Origin: Psammoneis japonica | Lineage: Eukaryota | Assembly (NCBI GenBank): GCA_008632985.1 | Contig: QPGO01000048.1 | Location: forward strand, 124,001-188,000 | Direction of reading: 5' to 3' | DNA: 64,000 nucleotides | Shown: positions 36,894 through 49,800 of the stretch, one piece after another | Layout of the letters: every line of letters begins with the position of its first letter | Numbering within the stretch: position 1 is the stretch's first letter | Program-made: the position numbers and the translations under genes | Notes under the pieces: model-generated | The model's database searches: none | Told to the model about the DNA's origin: nothing | What the model saw: the letters and a program-made list of their open reading frames with translations, nothing else

Positions 36894-38355
36894 CTAAACA
36901 ACGCTGTGTCCAGATGCTGAGCTGGGCGGTGCCTCTTCACACTTGTCAAGTTTCGTCAGCTCGTTTTCTTCGCATTCTTCGTTTAGAGGTGAGCTTGAGA
37001 CAAAATGAGACGAGCCGACATCAGCTTGTAGAATCTAATTGCGTCGAAAGATAGAAGCAAGGTCAATCGATCAGACACATCATGATACAACTAGCAAGGA
37101 TACAGATTCTTCGATGGCTGTACCTTGTTCAATTCCATTTTCGAGTAGTAGGACGCCACAGCAACACCCACAACGGCGAATGTGACGCCAAAGACGAGAG
37201 TGAGAACTCGGACAGTTTTGTTCTCTGAACTCTGTGCCGTGCTATCCGAAAGACTTGAGGCAGTTGCTCCGATGAAGGTAAACATAATAACTCCAGGAAG
37301 CATTGCAAATAATGCCAGAGCATACGCCCACAATGGGATGGAAGTTACACCACTCATATAATCAAGAGCATTGTAAGGAATCAACGGAGAAAGGCGCAAA
37401 AGAATCATTATTTTCAGGCCGTTACCCTGGAGTGCTTCGAAAATGTTTTCAGGGAACATTGAGGCAAGGATACATCATCGTCGGAAGAAAATGCAAACGG
37501 TGGAGACAATGATACCCGGCGCACAACAACTCACCTCGATCGACTGCCTGAAAAACCGGATACTTTGATGCCAAACTCACCACACAATCTCGAAACAGGT
37601 ATCTGTTTCCAAATAAGCACACGGGGTGAGAAACAGAACATCAATGCTTCTAGTAGAGGAGATGCACCGATTTCGTACCTTCCGAGCAGAAAGGCGCAAA
37701 TTGAACCGCAGCTCGCGCCAAAAAATACTGCCTGTAGATATCGGAACAGTTGATATGTGAGATGAGATCCTTATTAGAATTTGGTAAAAAAAAACTCAGG
37801 TTCCTTGTCCTCTCTCACCGTTGATGCAAGAACAATTCCCTGAGCAACGCTATCAAAAGCTTTCCCAAAGGCAAAGCCTGTCCCGATAGTAATGACTGCG
37901 CCAGGAACAAAAAGTACTGCAATCAAGCAGCGTGAGAGATAGAGCGCATAAGATCAGTCAGAAAGTCCTTTCACTCCTCTTTGATCACGCATTAAGAACT
38001 AACATGCGTATCGACCACTTTGCAACAAGTACTCACTTGTAGCCAACGTATAAATGACAATCACGGCTAGAACTCCCAACAACGGGTTCCGTTGGACCCA
38101 CTCTAGAAATGCAAGACTGGCCTTCTCTATAATCTTATTGGTGAAGGAGTCAATCACAATAAAAATTAATGACAACCCCAAAAAGAGTCCAACGGCTATT
38201 CGCACGCGTCGCGATCTTGCAGCATCGAATCTTGCGTTCGGCACCATGCGTGTTCCATCATCAACAAGAATGCCAGTGTTTGGCGATGACAAATAATCGT
38301 CTTCCTGTGTACTGCCAGCGCCGTAACTCATGTTTCCTGCGCTATTCAATGGCAT
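36894..38355 (-). CDS. TVP38/TMEM64 (DedA/VTT, SNARE-associated Golgi) membrane protein, multi-exon
   Basis: GLKIMILLRLSPLIPYNALDYMSG, MLPGVIMFTFIG, N-terminal TM helices, FVPG motif in an internal exon. Confidence 0.8.
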
Positions 38356-38519
38356 GGTTGATCGTTGCCATGAACAGGTAAATACGTTGCGCACCGAAGG
38401 AGAAGTGAGACAATCTGAAATCGAGAACTTGTCGAGAAAAGAGAAAAATGGCGCCGCGTCGTACTCAGTACATTTAGCGGACGACAGAGCTCGTAAGGAC
38501 CACAACTTTCTTTCATAGC

Positions 38520-38640
38520 AATAGAGGTTCCTAGCCCTACTGTACCTACTCTCTACTCTAGAGAGTAGAGCTAGCTACTAGTAGATTCTCGCGTACTGTA
38601 CATACAAGTACAGTAGAGAGACTATCAGAGAGCGTAGTCA
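38520..38640. repeat. TAG/CTA-rich tract
   Basis: ctctactctagagagtagagctagctactagtag. Confidence 0.7.
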
Positions 38641-38658
38641 CGCCTTTAGTTTAACTTT

Positions 38659-40597
38659 TCAAACCTTTGCACCGATACGACCGTACCTCTTCTCCCACTC
38701 TTCGATAGTTCCTGGATCAAGTTGCTTCATCTTCTGCATCAACAACGTTTCAACTTCCCTGGCTGATGACCGTTCATTCTGGTCTTGTCGATGACATCGA
38801 ACCATTGCTTCTTTTAATACCATGTCGACGGGATCCGTGCTGTTCCATTTTTCGGGATCTACTGGCGGGCGTCTTCCCGCCATAACTTCCTCTGCGGCAT
38901 CATGATCGGTCATATCTTCGAAGGGCCAAAGCTTTGTAAGGAGCATGTAGAAGACATTGCTGTAAAAAGGAAGAGAAGGCAAAACAGAATGGCAAAAAAC
39001 AAAGGTTAAAACAAATCTGCGTTTACTTCTCAGAAGCCTCTGTAGAGGTTCCATTCTCTCTCGGTTGAATATTGGAATGTGTTGCGTGGCACCTACCCTA
39101 GCGAGTATACATCGACCTGCAAATCGATTCAGCAGACGAAACAGTGCTGCAAGTCAGTCACCGGCAACAGTAGTAGTGGGGACAGAACATAAAGGACGAA
39201 ACAAATCTACGTACCTTCTCTGACTGACTCTCGTAGAGGTATTCCTCAGGACTTCGATTGCTACCTGGGTTCCTCCCCACTCTATAGCCACACGGCTCAT
39301 CCTTGTGTCTTGACCATCTTATGAATCTCGCCCGGTTGAAATCGTTAAGTTTGAACCACCCATCAATAAGAATATATTGTCCTGGAGTAATATCTGTACA
39401 AGTCACAAAGACAAAACAATAAAATTGATGAATATCAAAGCAACGTTGTATCAAGACGTGATGGAAATTCACTTACCCGTGTGAGCAATTGATGCTTGGC
39501 CCTCCTTATCAATGTTGTGTGCTTCTGCGAGGCCAATGGCAGCTTGAGTCGCTACAGTCGTTGGCCATGAAGGGAAAGCATAGGAAAAATAGTGAGTATC
39601 CAAAGTTCAATGAGCATTTGTCAAAGAGAACAAGAAGAGAATGCAAAAAGGATATTGAGTATATGTGAGATCCAAGCTTTAATTTTTGTCAAAGCATCGA
39701 AACGCCAAATCGGGATCGCTTACCAATGCGCAACTTTTCAACTTGCGACAGCTCATGCGGATGTTCTCCTTCTGGCCAGATTGCATCGTTGATATCCCCT
39801 TCAGAACTGTACTCAAAGATACCAGAGTTTCCGCAAAAGCCGTAGATGTTGACAACAAAGGGGCTTGAACTTAGCCGTTCCATAGCCAGTGCATCGCGTC
39901 TGTGGCGATCATAGTTTCTAGTAACGTAGTCATGAGTATATCGCATAGTCTTTAGCACACGCTTTGTGTCGGACAAGTCCTCTCGAACCATCCAGACATC
40001 GCGCCAATATCCATTTGAAATGAGACGAACTCTCTCATCTTTTTTCGCCTCGGCATGCAAGTTCGTCAAGTCGTACTCGTACACAGTATTACAGGACGGG
40101 TATGAGGTCAATTGCCAATCATACTGTGCCCTGCAATCTTTTGTTTCAAATTCATCTCCATGGCCCCTTCTGTATTCTTTTGAATTTTTTAATCTCTTCT
40201 GTGCGTCTAAAGAGTCCTCGTGTCGTTGGATTTGTCGTTTGGACGGGTATCGCTCCAAGTTCACATCTATTTTGCGTACCACCGGGACGTGGTCGTCACC
40301 CTCATCATAAAACGTGACGCATTGGGGAAACGCTTTATATGTTACAGGCCGTCGTAAATGGCGCATCGACAAGCTTCCCGTTGAAAGAAATATCCAGATT
40401 ATTACGAAAACGCCCCCGCCAACGACTAGAAGCGCCTGGTCAGGTCGCGACCGAGCACGAAGAAGCAGCCGTCGAGTCCACAACTCATATCCATCAAAAG
40501 CGGTTTTAGCATGCGAATTTACTTTCGCATGTGGAACCACCGAAGGTAAACGCTGTTCTTTGCGATTCCGCGGACTAGTGACAGCTCGACTGCTCAT
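38659..40597 (-). CDS. Type II membrane-anchored atypical protein kinase (PKDCC/VLK-like architecture), multi-exon
   Basis: Single N-terminal TM helix; ISNGYWRDVW, VLKT, VVNIYGFCG, HTDI, KLNDFN, RSPEEY, KVDVYSLG. Confidence 0.75.
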
Positions 40598-41039
40598 GGC
40601 ACTTGTGGCTGTTGTTCAAGAAGTGTAGCAATGATTTTCATTTTTTGTCTGCAGGCGTTGAGCGTTGAGGGCATTATTTCTCCATGTTGAATGTCGGTGC
40701 CACGCATGCATGGCGCCAGCGACAATTCCAACATGCACACAGCCGCGCCAATGCGCGAGTACCGGTACCGGTAAGGGGAGGCAATGATCCAACCTCATCT
40801 CACACGATGACCCGGGTAGGACCTTCAACTAACTACTGCTAGAGATGCAATAACGGAAAACGAGCGAGCAAAAGGAAGAAATCTGCGGCACACATCGTAA
40901 AAATAGATCATGCAACTATTGAATAATAATTTTGCCAACATTACTTCAGAGCAAAATCCATTGGGCATCCCCAACACGCGACCAGGAGAACTGCGTTCTG
41001 TGGTGAACAAGGATCTCGTTAACCTGCTCAAGATAAAAT

Positions 41040-42419
41040 CTAAGTAAAGACTCCTCCGGTGTCTTCCTCAGGACTGACAGTGCGTTTACTCTTTGACTTA
41101 GAACGACTCTTGGACGACCTTCGGCTCTTGCCTTCGTCTCTGGGACTGCGACCGCCACTGCGGTTACGGCTAGAACTTCGACCTTCACCACGATGGCGGC
41201 TCTTGCTTCGGCTCTTACTCTTCCTCCTCGACTGCCGATATTTGCGTTGCATGAGGGCTCTACGTCTCCGTCTGTTTGTGAACAGAATACCTGTAAACAT
41301 GACAAAGGAAGCCAGAAGAAGGAGACACCCAGCGCCGTACTTGACCTTGGAGGCCCAGGACTGTGCGGCAGTAGCATGCAACCAGCCGGACTTGGAACCC
41401 TTTACTAGGTTCGATGCAGCACCACTGCGGCGACTCGTCAGCGCGTCATCGTCCTGGCAAAGAGGAGAATCAAGGGACGAGCAGCTGGTAGCATATGGTA
41501 CCAGCTGCTGCGCAAGGTAAGTATTACCATTGTCGTTGTAGACGTTTCCGCACTTTTTGTAGTGCTTCAGTAAGCTGTTGAGACTACTCAGAGCGTCGTA
41601 AGTGCCCGAGCTCGAAAGACAGTACTGGTCATTGAAGGTATCAATAGTAAAGGTTCCATCGCTAGCGCAGCCAACTCCCATATACCCATTATCTCCACCA
41701 CAGATAGGAAGATCATCTACGCCATAGCCACCATAACCATCATCATCCCCAAGTCTTCGACCACCGTCACCGTATGCGTTGTAGCCATCGTCATTCCCTC
41801 CGCCGCCACCAAAGGGATTGTTGGTATCATACTGCTTGAGATAGTATAGGAATTCACCCAGGCCATACTTGGTCACAAACTGCGGGAGAGCGAGGAACGA
41901 ATCCAAAGGTAAGAGACGCTAAGAAAAACAAAAATTATGGAAAAACCATGATGCATCACTCACGGTTTCTTTGTACGAACTACTGCTACAACTGACACTT
42001 TTTCCGCTGTCAGATGCATATATGGAGAAGGCAACTTGCGCCCTCTTGCAGTTGGACATTTGGTACCAGTAAGTTGTTCCATCGTCACTGTCTTGTTCCA
42101 TGCACCCCGAGTCTTCGTCTTCAGGATCAACCACAGACCATACACAGCCTTCGATCTTGAGCGACATTGCCGACGCATCATACAGCCAATCTCGGTCGAA
42201 GGAGTCCCCATACATTGAAGGATCTCCATCGCTAGACCCCCAAGACCACCCTGCTTCTGCTGGCACAGCAAATGACAAAAAGGCCAGTATTGCGACGCCG
42301 CATAAAACAAGGGGAGGACTGTTGCGTCTGCGCCGAAAAGCACGAGGCGGTGTACGATGATCAGTGAATTCGAGATCGTCACAGCATTCTGTTTCCAAAG
42401 ACAACGGTTTACACGCCAT
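41040..42419 (-). CDS. Silicanin-like single-pass membrane protein; intron ~41880-41962
   Basis: Signal-like hydrophobic segment, SLKIEGC, RRL site, Asn/Asp/Gly/Tyr-rich lumenal part, YMGVGCASDG..IDTFNDQYC, C-terminal TM and Arg/Ser/Lys tail. Confidence 0.6.
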
Positions 42420-43974
42420 GATGTAGCTATTTCAACTCTGTATCGGGTACTGTTTACTCCTGTTAAAGCATTAGTTCCATGGATAGAACAGAAGATTCAG
42501 CTGATGCTCACAACAACAACTCGTCTTTTTTGGCAGGTTGCAAGTTGCGCACTCGCTCGTCTTTGTTTTGGGGGAGTGTGTCCGCCGTCTTCGGAAATTT
42601 TACCGGCACGTTTTTTGTGTGTATGCGTGTCGCTTTTTCAGAATATTTCAGATATTCATTCATTAATGATAAAAATATCTTAACAGATGCATGATGCTGA
42701 TATTCTACTCTTGTATATATATTATGGAAACTTAAACAAAAATGTATGATCAATAGGACGAAACGAAGGACTTGTCATCCTAAAAGCTGTAGGATCTAAT
42801 ACATCATGCAGTATCTGCTTTGCACACATTCAATACAATGACAGTTGGACTTTTAAAATAAATTCTAAGAGATGAAGTAAATACTGTAGTCTCGTGATTC
42901 AGTGTGGCGAGGCCCAACAAGTCGGTTGTTGCGCGTGTGGCGTGCCGGTTTTCAGGCCTGCAAGACATTCAATGTTCTTTTGATTTCTCCTTGTTTGGGT
43001 GGCATGCAGCAGTTTCCATCTCATGAGCAAATGTGCTGCCGATGCCCTCAACAACCAGCACAAATGGCAGCGAAGATTTTTCAGCACCTTGCCCAAGCTG
43101 TGCCAGATGCCAGACAGGCGCGTTCTTTCTGCACACTGTGCTCGCAAGCTGCACATTCTCATGCACCAGCTCTCCAGAGGAAACAGAAAAAGGTGCTGTC
43201 AGAGTTCAGCCAGGAGACAGAAGCCCCAAGATCTTCTTGTCAGCACCGCCAGATTTTCTTCTGCACTTTTTTGGTCTTTGTCTGCCACAGAGAAAGGCAA
43301 AGAAGGTGTGCCTGGAGACAAAAAAACTTTGCACTTCTTCTCCACACCTGCTTCTTTCCAGCTGTGACAGAATCTTTCAAGATGTGTGCACTTGCAGCTT
43401 CCCATTTGACTCAAGTTTGGCAGAGGTGGGAGGGGGACTTTGAGTTGTTGGAAAGTGAGCCACTCCCACACAAGCTCATTTGGGGGGAAGAGCTGCGCCA
43501 GCTTCACATGAGTCTTTTTTCTTTCACATGCACCCGCGCTTCTCAACTTCATTCATGCATGAAGGCTGTGGCACAATGACAGCAGCAGCAAAAAATTCTG
43601 GCATGCACTGATTTTGGATTTTTTGTCAAGTTGTTGAAAAAACAACAACCCCCATTTCTTGTCCACCATGGCACTCCTGTTGCACAAGCAGCGCGACTCA
43701 TGTTTGCAGCTGGACAGGGAGCCAAAACATTGCTTTCCCAGCTTGCAAAGGCTCTCTGTTTTTTTGGCACACATGCACAATCATCCAAGCACCAGCAGAC
43801 TTTGTGAACTTTCTTGTTGAAAACTTTGCACCAGCTGTCAACACCCAAGTGAGGTTGAAAATGAAAACAGTGGCAAGAGGATGTTCCAAACAAGCTTGCC
43901 AAACATGCTTGCAACTGGGGCAGTGACAGAGTGCCACCAGCGGCAAGAGCAACAAGCCAAATGGCTCCCACAGA

Positions 43975-44600
43975 CTGGCAACAGTGGATGACATGTGCGC
44001 CAGCAAGAAAGAGTGAGAAAAGTCAAGCAGATCTCAGAGAGACAGATCTGCTCCTCATCTGTCCAGGTCTGAACATCATCCACACACTCGGTGCACTGAC
44101 ACCCTCCCCTGATCTGCAATGTCTTGTGAGACAAAGCAGGTCACAAAGAAAAAAATGCAACAGCATGTGGCACCCACCACATGAAAACAACCTTGCCAAT
44201 GGAAAGGTGAAAACGGACAATGCAAGAAATGGTCAAGCTCAACATGCACAGCAAAGAAACCCCGCAGGGAGCAACAAGCTGAAGAGCCCCCTGCAAACTG
44301 GCAACAGCGGGAAACACATGTGACAGTGAGAAAGAGTGAGAGAAGCAGATCTCAGAGAGATGTGCAAGTCTGTCCAGGTCTGACCATCATCCACACACTG
44401 GGTGTGTGCTGGTGACACCCTCCACTGATCTGCTGCAATGTCTTGCAAGACAAAGCAGGTTACAAAGAAATAAAAAATGTGATGGCATGCCACACCTGCC
44501 ATGAAAACAACCTTGCCATGTTGGAAAGATGCCACAACAAAACAAATGACACAAGAAACGGTCAAGCTCAACATGTGCAGCAAAGAAACCTCACAGGGCA
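43975..44600. repeat. ~320-bp tandem duplication with a third partial copy at ~46985-47120
   Basis: agcagatctcagaga...ctgtccaggtctga and catgaaaacaaccttgcca...ggtcaagctcaacatg recur. Confidence 0.7.
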
Positions 44601-44849
44601 ACAATTTCTCCACAAAGTCTCCAATGTCAGCAGGGCACATGTGTGCCAATCCACCAAGTCTTCAACAAAAAATTTCAATGGCAGTTCCCAAAAAATCTTG
44701 CAGATCAATGGAGTCTTGAACCAAAGAATGATTTTGTCAATCAACAAAAAATCAAAATTGAAGTCTGGCAAGTCACAATGTCACTAATCTCATCATCCAG
44801 CAAAATGGGGCAGGATGGAAATTCACCATGATGCACAATGCATTGAATG

Positions 44850-46850
44850 TGAAGCAATGGCAGCCCACCAGACAAATTCACACTTCTGGTGTGCCACATT
44901 TTGTTTCATCCCTGAAAAATGCAGTGGACAAACAAAGTGCATCACAAAAGTGCTCAATGTCTGAAGAACATTGACGTGTCACAGGTGAGCATCAAATGAC
45001 TTGCAAAAAACCATCACCGTGGAGAAAGTGTCTTGGAAGAATTTTGAACACTCAACAGCCTTGCATGCTTTCACTGCTGTGCCATGAGGATCCCAACCCT
45101 GCTCATGAAATGCAGGGTTGTCATTGGCGATGGTCGACAGGTTGGGAGCATCAGGAAAAATTGTGCCACTTGACACCACAATGGCCTGTCACAGCAGAAG
45201 GCAACAAGACTTGGTGACCCTCTTTCAGGGTCATCCCACTTCCATTGGACTTGCATGCTTCCTCTCTGCTGCACTTGATTCTCCCCTGATCAGAAAACAG
45301 AGGGTCGTCATCAGCAATGGAGACCAACATGCCAATGGTGGGGACCTTGGAGGAATGAGACAGCAGAGCAGAAAAAGCAACCACACATGGTGCAAGAGCA
45401 AACAACTGGAGAAAACAGCACATTTCTGATGTTGCTCTTCAACCCTGGAAAGCTCACTGGACAAATGGGGTGCAACCTGGAGTGAGACTTGATGTTGACA
45501 GAAGGTCGGTGCTTGGTGGGTGAGCATCCAGGGATGTGCAAATCTTGGCCACCCAGTGCTTCACCACTGGAAGAGTTGGAATGCTTGTCAATCCTGCACA
45601 CTTCCTCTGCACCTTGCTTGCTCTCCTGATCAGGAATCACAGGATCATCATCAGAGATGATTGATGGGTCTGGAGCACCATGAAAAGCACAGTTGTGTGC
45701 AACAATGGTCTGACAACAGAAGAAGAAAGAGACTGGGCAGCAGAGGGGAGCAAGACTCTGTGGCTCTCTTTCACAGCCTCCCTGCTTCAGCTGGTCTTGT
45801 CTGGATGATGGAAGGAACAGTGGCATCACATGTTGGAAATTGATGATGGCCGAGCCAAGAATCTGAAGTCAAGGGGACTTGACAACTGACAATGCTGCAA
45901 TCAAGATCAGCAATTGAACCTGCATGATGCACACACTTGGGCGCCACTGCTGGACAAGAGGTTCAGTGTCATGATCACAAAGAATGAGCGGGGCTTTGGC
46001 AAGAATGCCTGTGTGGGCATCTGCAACATCATCTGGCATCAAGCTGACATTTTGGTGCAAAGCGCCCCATTGGTGAACATCACAAAGCAAAGCAACCTGA
46101 TGGCAAAGATCCTTGAATGCAATGGGCACAAGGGGTTCTCCACAATGCCCACCAAGTGTCACACATGACATTGAGGGACTTGATGCATCATCCCCACACC
46201 AAGTCCACAAAAAGATCAGACATGAAAATCAATGGAGAAGTTTCATCCAAGGATGGCAGAGACAAAACCACTCACTTGGATGCTTGTGGTGCAAGAGAGA
46301 ACTTGTTCCAGTCCATGCAAGGCCATTGCAGATCAGAGTTGAAGTGCACATGCTCCATGCCAAAACTGCAATTCACGCTGTTGTCACGCCAGCACTGAGA
46401 GCAAGTTGGATCTTCTGCTCAAGTGTCTGTCCAGAGAGGCAAGATGCAGAGTTACAAACACTTTGAACTTCAACCTTGAGAGCAGCTTGTCTGATGACTG
46501 ATGCAACAGCTGCTGCATCCTTGGGGTTCCTCACTCCTCACACAAGGTGTGATGAACTTGTGAAGGACATGGCCCCACATGAGCTTGTGAATGCCATCCT
46601 TGGCTTGGGCATCATGTTTGCTGTTTTCAAAAAACTGATCCAGGTCAAGAATTGTGTCACCACAAGTGTCACTCAGGAACTTCATGCCATCAGGGAAATG
46701 AGGGGTTTTCTTGAAAAAACAAAATCAATCACAACAAGTGCACCAGCAACACTCTTTTCAAACTTGCGATCTGTCACAGTGCAAGTGTGCAAAAGTTTTT
46801 GATCATGAACATGTGAAAACCTGGCACTGGTCTGCATGGCCTGTGCGCCA
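44850..46850 (-). mobile_element. Ty1/copia RT-RNase H remnant
   Basis: MALHGLEQ (from KALYGLKQ) at ~46301-46327, VIDFVFSRK upstream, and HFVCPLHFFRDETKCG (from KHIxxxYHFFRD) at ~44890-44940. Confidence 0.6.
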
Positions 46851-49800
46851 ATGAAAAAAGCACTTTGATGGTGCACTCATTCAGCTCACAAACTGAGTGA
46901 ATCATGCTGGGATTTGCAATGCAGAGGAACAACAACTTGACAAGGCCACAACCTGACAGAATGCCGATGGCAAAAGTGACAAGCCAAAGAGCACCCTGCA
47001 AACCAGTGACAGTGGATGACATGTGTGCCAGTGAGGAAGAGTGAGAGAAGCAGATCTCAGAGAGATCTGCTTCTCTGTCTGGGTCTGACTGTCATCCGCA
47101 CAATCGGTGTGCTGACAGGCAGTGAGTGGGTGCAAAAGAGAGTCTGTGTGTTGCTTGACAGGAGTGCTTGGCCTCAAGCACTTGAGAAGCAAAACATTGG
47201 CCATGCACACATGCACCTGTTTGACACAAAAGCAGCAGCACTGCTCTGACAATTTGTCCCAAAAAAAGCAAACAAGACAGGGCTGCACATGCCACATGCA
47301 CAAGACAAGTGCACACGGAATCTGCAAAAAACACTTGACACAACCATTTCAATTTTTTCTGTCAGGGTGTGAGGAAAACTTTGCATCAGCTGGCACTCAT
47401 CACAGATTCTTGTTGCCCAGGAGATGCCCAAAGAATTGTGAAGAACTGGAAAATGTGAGCAAAAGTTTTTGTTTGTTGAAATTTTGGGAGCTTCCACCAT
47501 CATTTGCTGTGAGTTTGCATCTGCCTTCTTCTCACCCTTTTTCTGAACATGCTCTTCCATGTTGCACAATTTTTGCCAAGTTTTGGCCCTGAAACAACAG
47601 TGCCATTTGTCATGTCTCACATGCAAGTCTCCTGATGTTGGAGGTCCAAGCCATCCCCAAGGATGGAGTCAAGCAGCCAAGTGAAGCAAAGGAGGTTCAA
47701 GAAGCAGAGTTGATGGCCAGGCCCATGTCACCAGCTTCTAGATGAAGCAGCAAAGGATCCAAAGCAAGCACAGCAAAAAACGTTGTGTGAAAAGAACAGC
47801 GAATGAACCCAAAGTGCACAGCTTTGCCAGAAACAGTGAGGTCAAAGAATCTGTGTGGAGAAGTCTCTCTCTGGACAAATCTGGATGGAGCAACTTTCAC
47901 AATCTAAGTCAGAGCCCCAGCCATCAATCTGCATGCCATGCAAGGGTCAGCAGATCAAGCAGTGCATTTTTTGAGTTTTGCCTCAGATTGGTTGATTTGA
48001 TGTGAGAAATCTGATGTTGCCTGAATTTTGACATTGTGCACATCAATCTGATCAACAAAAACACCCACCAACATTGGCCAGACAGTTGCCAGCAATGTGG
48101 ACAGATGGAGAGTGGTTGCATCAGAATCTTGTCACACATTTGCCAAGGAAAAATGGAGTGCCAGATTGCAAAGCCTCTCAAACTTTCTGAGCTGTGCGTG
48201 AATGTCTTTGGACTTCAACCAACCAAAGATTGGAAAAGCCCAATGAGAGGAATGGGAGAAGGGAGAGCCAGTGGAAGTGGGCATCAAAGTGGCTGCCAAA
48301 ACAAAGGAAGGGTCCTCAGGTGGAATGGAAAGGGAAGGTGGCACAGTCATTTGGGAGAGAAAGGCAGCAAAGCTTGAGTGACCACAGCAACCTCAGTGGC
48401 ACCAAAAGAGTTGGCAGGGCAGCAGTCATCAACACACAGGAGAAAGTTGTCAAAGGAAAGAGGGGAGGTGGGAACTTGAAAGACAAAAGGGAGGGTGGGA
48501 GGTTCTCAAGCAGCTCCCTGGCCAGAGAGGCATTTGTGGCTGTGGAGGGCAAGAGCTGGGGACAGCATGTAAATTTGGGGGTCCATGGCACAGGCAAGTG
48601 CCAGAAAAGGAATGAAGGAAGGGTTGAAAACAGTGCCAAGTTGGCAAAGAAAGTGGCAGACTTGAGGAGGGCAACAAAAGGATGGGAGCCTGGAAGGAGA
48701 GCAGGAGCAAGGGGTCAAGGGATCAAAGACAAAGCTGGCAAAACAGGGTGGCAGCGGAAGGATGGCAAAAGAGGAGGGAGAGTGGGGAGGCAGGAAGCAA
48801 TCAGAGGGAGGGAAGCATGATGCCAAGAGAGGTCTTGCAAGTCCATGTTAGAGAAGGACCGGCACAGTGGAAGAAGGTGTGGTGGAAGAAGAGACATGCA
48901 ATGCAGAGAGACTTGAGGACACAAGGTCTGAGCAAAGCCAAAATCTGGGGTGCAGGAACATGCAGCAACATTGCCAGCAGCGGGGCACGCAGAAGAGAGA
49001 AGATGGGAGGTCATGGCAGCAGAGAGGCTTGGAGGCATTTGGTGGTGGTTGTTGGGGAGCATGTCATTGTCAGGGCAGCATGAAGGATGTGAGGCATCAG
49101 AGGAATCATCACAATGATCACCCAGATCATGAAGACAGGATTCATCAGAGCTCATCAAAGCAGTCCACATCAAAGTCACCCACATCAAAGAGGCAATTGG
49201 CAAAAGAAACTGGCAGGTGCAAGGTCAAGATTGACTGTGTTGAGGGAAATCTGATGGCTTTCAATCCAGCAAAGTGACGCAGGTGGCAACCAGTGCAGTT
49301 GCAGACAGCATTGGCATGGTTGCATCCAAGAGAGGAAGCAGACGGGTGGTCATGGGCAAGCAACCTGACAATGTTGGCAGTCACAAGGTTGTCTGGAAAA
49401 TGTCGTGGCTCTTGTTCAGAGCTCATGTGCTCTTGTCAAGAACCCTGTGTTCAAGTCCTCAACAATCATTGACAAAGGGAGTTTGACAATTGTTGTCAGA
49501 ACCTTCCAAGTGGGATTTAATGGTTGATGGAAAATCAGTCGCATTTGTGTGCAAATTCTCATCAATTTTGTTCATCCACTCATTTCAACATTGTTTTTGC
49601 ATCTGTCCACAATTAAATTGACCTTCCAAGCAGGAAATGACAGTTGATGAAACTCATCACTTGCTTCTGTTTCCATCTTAACAACCGTGTTTTTGCAACA
49701 ACATTCTGACATTGTTCATTTGTGACAACAATGCTGTGCATTTTTCTTGTTGACCTGTTTGCACATTGGCTCTGTGCTGTTTGTTTTGTGCTGCACAATT

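Noticed and set aside
47700..49300. Possible second reverse-transcriptase remnant (WAFPIF-like words, purine-rich stretch)
   Set aside because: Motifs are too degraded to call by eye
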